Positions 57,828 through 64,000 of a stretch of DNA of 64,000 bases are shown piece by piece (position 1 is the first letter of the stretch; every line of letters starts with the position of its first letter). The DNA lies in NCBI GenBank assembly GCA_934129885.1, contig CAKOWU010000002.1, positions 76,070-140,069 of the forward strand, in the 5' to 3' direction. Under the pieces are notes generated by a model. It was not told where the DNA came from. It ran no database searches and saw nothing but the letters and a program-made list of their open reading frames with translations. Source of the DNA: an uncultured Bacilli bacterium. GTDB taxonomy: Bacteria > Bacillota_I > Bacilli_A > RF39 > UBA660. Made by a program: the position numbers and the translations under genes.

Positions 57828-57965
57828 TTCCTTACCTCCTCCTATAAATAATAGCACATTTTATTCTAATTTTCCAGCAATATGGCGGTATTTGATATAA
57901 TTTCAAATGATTTTCACATTGAAAATGCACTTACAGAACAAGTTTAAATTTATTTAGTAATATAC

Positions 57966-59261
57966 TTATGAAATAAATTTATTAAGTATATCTATAAAAG
58001 CAGAATTACAAATATATATATTAACAATATAAAAACATAAAACAATTACCAAATAATGCCATGCATCACTAAATTTTAATCCTTTAAAAATCTTTTTGAG
58101 TAAAATACCAAATATTATAAGTTCCATTAATAAGAATAATAAAACTTGTAATCTAAGTACTGTAAAACCAAAAACACTAATATATAAATACATTCTATAA
58201 TAAGAGTTAAAAATTAATACTACTGAAAAGATAATTAAAAGTGCAGTTAAAATTTTAAGTGTATTATTCTTTTCGGTGAGTAACTTTGTTTTATAAATAA
58301 TAAATAAAATCAAAGCATAATTAATAATTGTAACAACTAATAGTTCAAAGAAACCTTCTCTAGCATATGCCGCATACGTATATTCATTAGGCAATCCAAG
58401 AAAATTACCTGTTAATTTAGAAACTTCTGATAAGGTAAAAAGTACAAATATGAAATTAATTATTGTTAAAATAACATTAAATACTACTGCGTCAGTTTTA
58501 CAGTATTTTCTTTCCTTCATTTCTAAATTAGGAGCGTTTAATACATTTACTGATATACTAAAGAAACAAATAAAATATAAGATAAATAAAATTATATTCC
58601 CAAAATCTAAAAATGAAAATATTTTTGACACAAAAGCGTCGAAGTAATCATCGGCAAATACCAATAATATTAATATAACCATTCCAAAGCATAATCCAAT
58701 AACGCTTCCCTTTATAATTAACCCTATTTTTTTCCTATCTCGTTTACCAAAGGCATCACTAACTAATGATAAATTACTAAATAATCTTTTAGGGAAAATA
58801 TCAAAAACTAGCGATAAGTTTTCAAAAGACAGTTTATATTTTTTATTTAAAAGTCCTATAAAAATCATTTGAAAAAGTAATGCTAGAACAAGGACATTTA
58901 ATATTTGATTAGAAAAATCTGAATCTAGGGCTATACTGCTAAGCAGAATAAGAACATACGGAATTAATAGAAAATAATAATTTTTATTTTTTATATTCTC
59001 TTTATTAAAATTCATTAAAAATAAGGTACCTATAATAAGCAAGGCAAATAAAGATATAATATTTTTTAAATACCAAGCAATATCTAAATTATGAATTATT
59101 ACCATAAGTAAAGATAACAACAAAGGAATTAAAAGATTAAATTTATTAAGTTTTATATTAATAGGTTTTCTTCTTTTACCCTCTATAGATAATCCGCATT
59201 TAGGACAGTAAAATGTATCATTTTGTAATTTAGTTCCGCATTCTGTACAATAATTATTCAT
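57966..59261 (-). CDS. Polytopic membrane protein with an N-terminal zinc ribbon (DUF4153/DUF4173-like)
   Basis: CTECG...CPKCG followed by about 10 TM helices. Adjacent to the HTH/DUF2975 pair. Confidence 0.55.
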   Translation of the reverse strand: MNNYCTECGTKLQNDTFYCPKCGLSIEGKRRKPINIKLNKFNLLIPLLLSLLMVIIHNLDIAWYLKNIISLFALLIIGTLFLMNFNKENIKNKNYYFLLIPYVLILLSSIALDSDFSNQILNVLVLALLFQMIFIGLLNKKYKLSFENLSLVFDIFPKRLFSNLSLVSDAFGKRDRKKIGLIIKGSVIGLCFGMVILILLVFADDYFDAFVSKIFSFLDFGNIILFILYFICFFSISVNVLNAPNLEMKERKYCKTDAVVFNVILTIINFIFVLFTLSEVSKLTGNFLGLPNEYTYAAYAREGFFELLVVTIINYALILFIIYKTKLLTEKNNTLKILTALLIIFSVVLIFNSYYRMYLYISVFGFTVLRLQVLLFLLMELIIFGILLKKIFKGLKFSDAWHYLVIVLCFYIVNIYICNSAFIDILNKFIS

Positions 59262-59466
59262 TATCGCCACCTCCATATTCAAGTAAATCGCCAGGCTGGC
59301 AATCTAAAGCCAAGCATATTAGTGCCAGTGTAGAAAAACGAATAGCCTTGGCTTTATTATTTTTTAGTATCGATAAATTAGCGGGCGTTATTCCTGTTTT
59401 TTCACTAAGGGTATTAAGAGACATTTTTCTTTTAGCCATCATTACATCTAAATTAACAATTATCAT
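59254..59466 (-). CDS. Small XRE/YozG-type HTH regulator
   Basis: 70 aa with LNTLSEKTGITPANLSILKNNKAKAIRFSTL. Confidence 0.8.
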   Translation of the reverse strand: MIIVNLDVMMAKRKMSLNTLSEKTGITPANLSILKNNKAKAIRFSTLALICLALDCQPGDLLEYGGGDNE

Positions 59467-59477
59467 CTTTGCCCTCC

Positions 59478-59930
59478 TTAAACTGTATAGTCTACTTCAT
59501 CTTTATATATAGTTGCGGCTTTTATGACTGTAGACAAGCAGTAGAAACTAAGGCCCGCAATAAAGCAAACTACCGCTACCGCAACTGATAAAATAGTAGG
59601 AATAAATACCGTTTTAATTAAAACTATTAAAGATAAAATAATAAATAAAGTCGCAATTACATTCAAATATGTTTCTATTTTCTTTTTAAATGGGGTATCA
59701 ATATATATATCAGAAAATAATCTATTTAAAATAAATATAATAATTAAGCAGATAATAAAACATAAATAGAACGCTATTTTATAAATATTGCTTTGCTCAC
59801 TAAAACTTGGAACACTATCATATTTAAATAAGTTATATAGTATAGGTAAAACAAATAAACAACATGCGCCCCCTATAAACATAACTTTTAAAATAATGGA
59901 TACAATTTTTGCAAGTAAATTTTTCTCCAT
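59478..59930 (-). CDS. DUF2975-like four-TM membrane protein
   Basis: 150 aa, 4 TM helices, typical partner of YozG-type HTH genes. Confidence 0.55.
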   Translation of the reverse strand: MEKNLLAKIVSIILKVMFIGGACCLFVLPILYNLFKYDSVPSFSEQSNIYKIAFYLCFIICLIIIFILNRLFSDIYIDTPFKKKIETYLNVIATLFIILSLIVLIKTVFIPTILSVAVAVVCFIAGLSFYCLSTVIKAATIYKDEVDYTV

Positions 59931-60147
59931 ATCCTCACCTCACGAAAATAATATATATCTTTTTTTAATAAATGTCAATATATTTTTATTGATAAACGAT
60001 AAAAATAGTTTTGTATACATAACAAGACACTTTCTTATTTAGTTATACAAATTTATTATCAAAAAATAATAATTGGGTATTTCATTTACACCATTTAACC
60101 AAATATGAATATGTTATATTGAAAGTAAATGAAGGGGTGGATTATAT

Positions 60148-60588
60148 ATGTGTAACAATAACACGAATGAATGCCGATGCATATCAGAAATCCTAACAGT
60201 TATCAATATCTTGCAAGATAATGCACAATGTGCGGATACTTGTTTAGATACTTGCGATAGAGGGTTTTTAGGCTGCTCAGTATCAACAGTAGGCTGCAAC
60301 ACTAGACCTATAATGCTATATATAGGTGCTGGTAATGGTACACCATGGCAAATGCCTACTACTAAAACAAATGCTGTCTGTGGTAATGATGGGGCAACAT
60401 GTTCAAATGTATTTAGAGTAGAAAAAGTAGATGGTTGTTGTGCTACGTTTAGAGTTCTTGGAGAAAATCCTGATTCAGAAGAAGCTGAAACAATACCATA
60501 TGTCGCAACAAATACATTTTTTACAATGAATTTAAATTGTGTATGCTGCTGCAGATGTTTACAAGATACATATGTAGAAGGCGTTTAA
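60148..60588 (+). CDS. CotY/CotZ-family cysteine-rich spore coat/exosporium protein
   Basis: VFRVEKVDGCCATFRVL resembles Bacillus CotZ FFRVERVHGSCATLSLL. About 19 Cys, including CVCCCRC. Confidence 0.75.
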   Translation: MCNNNTNECRCISEILTVINILQDNAQCADTCLDTCDRGFLGCSVSTVGCNTRPIMLYIGAGNGTPWQMPTTKTNAVCGNDGATCSNVFRVEKVDGCCATFRVLGENPDSEEAETIPYVATNTFFTMNLNCVCCCRCLQDTYVEGV

Positions 60589-60589
60589 A

Positions 60590-60618
60590 AGAATTGCCCG
60601 TTGGCAATTTCTTTTTTT
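60590..60618 (+). terminator. Terminator after the cotZ-like gene
   Basis: AATTGCC-CGTT-GGCAATT followed by a T-run. Confidence 0.6.
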
Positions 60619-60644
60619 AATATCTAAAAAAATAACACATTGTG

Positions 60645-60977
60645 CTATTTCTCTATTCTTTTAATATCGGTAACATCACTAATTGGAATTAGTTCATTTT
60701 CTATGGTGATTAAATGTGTACTATTACGTCCTACTATCCGTGCAGTGATAGTTTTATCTTTCAGTTTAATTTCCACGTCTGCTTTATACACGTAATTTGA
60801 TGAGTTAAAAATGTCGTTTATTTTTTGGTTAACATTTTTTTCATTTAAAATCACCTTAGAACTTTTAGTGGTTTCTTCCGGCACCCTCTCTTCTTTGCTA
60901 GAATATGAAACTCGCTCATTATTTCCTGATGACTTTTGGGCGGGGTTTACAAATATACCTGGTAATTTTTTATCCAT
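60645..60977 (-). CDS. Possible CotO-like coat protein
   Basis: Sits convergent (tail-to-tail) with the cotZ-like gene, recalling the cotO-cotZ adjacency in Bacillus. Weak sequence basis only. Confidence 0.3.
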   Translation of the reverse strand: MDKKLPGIFVNPAQKSSGNNERVSYSSKEERVPEETTKSSKVILNEKNVNQKINDIFNSSNYVYKADVEIKLKDKTITARIVGRNSTHLITIENELIPISDVTDIKRIEK

Positions 60978-61010
60978 ATTTCTCACCTCTCTACCCAATA
61001 ATATGTCATA

Positions 61011-61808
61011 CTATGATATTTTATTAACAAAACTAGTTACCTTATAACCTAAAATAAATAAAATGCTACCTATAATAATATCTAATGTATTAGGGCTAGA
61101 GGCAAATATTTCATATACCATCATTAAAAAGGAAGATGTCATAAGAACAAAGATAAGTAAATTCATAAAAATATGATGCTTTTTAAATAAGTAATTAAGT
61201 AATTTTGATAAGACAAATAGCCCTGTAAAAATACCAGTAATAAAAAATATATTAAATTTAAAATAAGATGGATTTAACAAATTAGAAAATAAATCTAAAA
61301 GTGATTCATAAGCTCCAAGTGACATAAAAATTGCGGTACCACTTATTCCCGGAACAATGGAAGTAAATACTTCTATACACCCCATTATAAAGAAACTAAT
61401 GCCGTTTTTATTAATACTAAATAAGTCACTATTACAAATAAAATACATAATACTCATGAAAATAGAGCCTATCAAAAACATTTTAAATAGACTATTTTTA
61501 CCAAAAGTAATATTTTTTTTGAGTTCTTTAAATCCGCTGGCGATTAAGCCGATAAATAAAAACATCATAGGAAAATAATACTCACTTAAAAGCCATTTAA
61601 TAACTCCGCTAAAAAGGATAATACCACTAAATATACCTATACATATAGTTGCAAGAAAAGTGAAATCTTTAAAATTAATATGAAAAATATTAGAAATAAT
61701 GCTGATAAGTCTTTCATAAATTCCAAAAGAGATAGCCATCATACTGCCACTAACGCCAGGTGCGATTTTAAGTATTCCAATTATAAAACCCTTAACTATA
61801 TTTATCAT
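61011..61808 (-). CDS. DUF368-family membrane protein (undecaprenyl-phosphate translocase-like)
   Basis: APGVSGSMMAISFGIYERL and a second PGISGTAIFMSLG repeat. Confidence 0.7.
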   Translation of the reverse strand: MINIVKGFIIGILKIAPGVSGSMMAISFGIYERLISIISNIFHINFKDFTFLATICIGIFSGIILFSGVIKWLLSEYYFPMMFLFIGLIASGFKELKKNITFGKNSLFKMFLIGSIFMSIMYFICNSDLFSINKNGISFFIMGCIEVFTSIVPGISGTAIFMSLGAYESLLDLFSNLLNPSYFKFNIFFITGIFTGLFVLSKLLNYLFKKHHIFMNLLIFVLMTSSFLMMVYEIFASSPNTLDIIIGSILFILGYKVTSFVNKIS

Positions 61809-61851
61809 ATTAAAATATATGAAAAAAAGGACTAAATATACTAGTCACTTT

Positions 61852-63084
61852 TTATCTAACGTTTACGCCAAAATCAATATCATCATTGAATTCAATTTCT
61901 GTGTTAGTAACAACTTTTCTAACCCCAGTAACGCTATAGTAATATAAACTATTTCCGTTTACGAAATAAACATCATTACCTCTAAACATAACACTATTTA
62001 TGTCTGTTGTAGTAAATAAATATGTATGTAGTTTTTTATTTAAAATATCTGTCCTATATACTGCGTATCCATTATCTATCTTTTTATATAAATAGTAGTA
62101 GCCGTACTTATTACCTATCTTCTGAACTTTTTCATATCCATTTATATCTTTGTCTTTATAGTTATCAAAAGTCTTTCCATCAATGGCTGATGCTAACGTC
62201 ATAGTTCCCCACTTGGTGCCTGTGTAGTCCAAAAGATTGTCTTTGTTGCCCACTTTTTTTATAACTTCATCATCTATATTGATTTTATACTGCGTTAAAC
62301 TATCTTTATCAAAGAAGTATACTTCTCCGTTTACCACTCCCTGCATAACGGTATCAAAAGATATATCATCATAACTTCTAATTTCTTTAATATTACCATT
62401 TACTAAATTGACAATATAGAAAATTTTAAAGGTATACTGTTTATTATAGTCAGCGACTATGTAATATTTATTGGTAAAAATGCTGACAGGCTTTTTATAA
62501 ACATCATTATCAAATATATTAATATCACGGGCTTTATTCCCTATAAGGGTAACTCCTCTATAACTTTCTACGGCAATATAATTATTATCTTTTACATTAT
62601 CATAAGTAGCCGATAAGGTGCCGGATATCTTCTTTGAAGATGCTTTATCTTTATAAAGAGAATCTTTATAGCCAAGTTCTTTTAATGATTTTGCAAAGGC
62701 TTTTACTTCGGTATCATTAATATCATGGGCATATGTAATGGTATTACCACTTAAACACATAATATCACTATTTATATCACTATTTTTATATATTGGTAAA
62801 ATGCACTGGTACTTACTAGTTTTAATGTATTTAATCTTTTTTATGATTTTTTCATCTTTATTATAATCTTTAAGTAATTGGAAATTTATTTTAAAATTAC
62901 TTGTATTAATAGCAAAATAATAAATATCTTCATTATTAAAACCGTTTACTTTAAGATTTTCTTTTACCGTAAAATTACCAACAGAATAACTAATACTATG
63001 TCCTTTATCAAAAACGTGCATAAGTGTTTTTATTCCTAAAAATATGGCTAGTAAGACGATTAAAACTTTACATAAATATTTCAA
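61852..63084 (-). CDS. Membrane-anchored hypothetical protein (beta-rich, Tyr/Asn-rich)
   Basis: 410-aa ORF with an N-terminal TM helix. Confidence 0.5.
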   Translation of the reverse strand: MKYLCKVLIVLLAIFLGIKTLMHVFDKGHSISYSVGNFTVKENLKVNGFNNEDIYYFAINTSNFKINFQLLKDYNKDEKIIKKIKYIKTSKYQCILPIYKNSDINSDIMCLSGNTITYAHDINDTEVKAFAKSLKELGYKDSLYKDKASSKKISGTLSATYDNVKDNNYIAVESYRGVTLIGNKARDINIFDNDVYKKPVSIFTNKYYIVADYNKQYTFKIFYIVNLVNGNIKEIRSYDDISFDTVMQGVVNGEVYFFDKDSLTQYKINIDDEVIKKVGNKDNLLDYTGTKWGTMTLASAIDGKTFDNYKDKDINGYEKVQKIGNKYGYYYLYKKIDNGYAVYRTDILNKKLHTYLFTTTDINSVMFRGNDVYFVNGNSLYYYSVTGVRKVVTNTEIEFNDDIDFGVNVR

Positions 63085-63137
63085 AATACCAACTACTTTC
63101 TATATAAAACGGAATAAACAATTATTCCGCTTTTAAA

Positions 63138-63644
63138 TTATTCATTTTCCTCGTTCATAGATTTTAAATCATGGTTAAACTGTACTCGTTCTTCGTCAGT
63201 TATATCGGTTCTAAATTCTCTTTTTTTCTGCATTATATATTTAGATAAAACGGTTTCAATTTCTTCGAGCGCACTACTAGATAGATTAGATAGTATGACT
63301 GTCTCTTTTACGGTATCTATAACCGCACGGCCCCATATAAGGCCCATTTTTATGGTAAAATCGTTAAACATATCTGGGGTAATACTATAATAGAAGTAAC
63401 CAAAGAATAATCTTTTTTGAGCTACGATAATTCTTTTATCAGTTAAAACTACGACATGGGTACTAAGTACATCTAAAGCGCTAGGACCTTTTTGGGCCGC
63501 AAATACGTATAAAACTTCTTCGTTGTCATTAACCATTTTTTGGGCTACGGCACAGTGTTGTTTTAGTCTCCATATTACGGTTCCAGGAAATTTATTTGCG
63601 AATTCTTTAGCCTTTCTATATACAGTGTTATCTTTTTTTGTCAT
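63138..63644 (-). CDS. Hypothetical protein (possibly bacterial PH-domain-like)
   Basis: 168-aa ORF. Assignment is weak. Confidence 0.4.
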   Translation of the reverse strand: MTKKDNTVYRKAKEFANKFPGTVIWRLKQHCAVAQKMVNDNEEVLYVFAAQKGPSALDVLSTHVVVLTDKRIIVAQKRLFFGYFYYSITPDMFNDFTIKMGLIWGRAVIDTVKETVILSNLSSSALEEIETVLSKYIMQKKREFRTDITDEERVQFNHDLKSMNEENE

Positions 63645-64000
63645 ATATCATCACCAACTATCATTATTATAACAAAATAATTTGTAATTTTAAAGAAAAA
63701 TATTATAAGTTATGATAGATGTCTTTAACTACACCAAAATATATTGAACTATATACGATATAAAAAGAACCACAAGGGTTATGCTTGTAGGGGGCAGGCA
63801 CTATTATAATTTATATTTTTAAAGCAGTACATATTAATGCATTCCACATTAAATTAATTATACACCTTTGAGTATAGCTTTGTGCTTTTTTAAAATTCAT
63901 AGAAAGTAACTTACAATATTGCTTTCTGACGGTAATTATATACTGAGTACAAATATCGTTGTGATATATATCTTTAACCACGTTAGATGATGGTAAGCAG

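Noticed and set aside
1-64000. CRISPR array, cas genes, or a reverse transcriptase/Avd that would complete a DGR
   Set aside because: I saw no short regularly spaced repeats. No tracked ORF carries RT motifs (YxDD type) or resembles Avd. The DGR interpretation therefore rests only on the variable-block signature and remains unconfirmed within this window.
63830-64000. Start of an IS or transposase after the 63729 motif copy
   Set aside because: The only open frame here runs on the minus strand into the window edge (..NVVKDIYHNDICTQYIITVRKQYCKLL..). It is unrecognisable and too little sequence is available to classify it.

Overview
AT-rich chromosomal segment (roughly 70% A+T by eye) from an endospore-forming Firmicute. 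Sporulation genes present: spo0A, spoIVA, gpr, a spoVIF-like gene and cotZ/cotO-like coat genes. Gene order is Bacilli-like (sepF-divIVA-ileS, recU-ponA, dnaD-nth, spoIVA-hup-der), so an Erysipelotrichia-type organism is a guess only. Most of the window is minus-strand housekeeping: aspS-gatBAC, a tRNA cluster, ileS, a gap-pgk-tpiA operon, cca, der and engB. Four things stand out. (1) Two about 490-aa surface-protein paralogs (374..1849 and 22324..23802) are near-identical at their 3' ends except for a 77-nt GC-rich, NNC-codon block. In that block 18 of 20 differences fall on codon positions 1-2 and half are transversions. A G/C-only run, a conserved 111-nt hairpin-rich 3' element and, at copy 1, an AAC-rich degenerate partial copy follow it. 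This is the footprint of diversity-generating retroelement (DGR) mutagenic homing, but no reverse transcriptase or intact template repeat lies in the window. (2) A 7.8-kb island sits in the 3' end of tRNA-Ala, bounded by perfect 67-bp direct repeats. It has no integrase and carries an operon of uncharacterised helical proteins plus three peptidase-like proteins (S41-like, JAB/MPN-like, HExxH) and a divergent XRE regulator. (3) An Asn-type T-box leader lies inside a tRNA operon, directly upstream of two tRNA-Asn genes and gatCAB-aspS. (4) The glycolytic operon carries an embedded prepilin-like gene and glycolipid genes. There are also several pseudogenes, an internally deleted IS3-like remnant and a 15-mer repeated exactly four times. 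All calls rest on reading the ORF track and sequence by eye. RNA and repeat coordinates are hand-derived (about +/-2 nt) and no database search was run.
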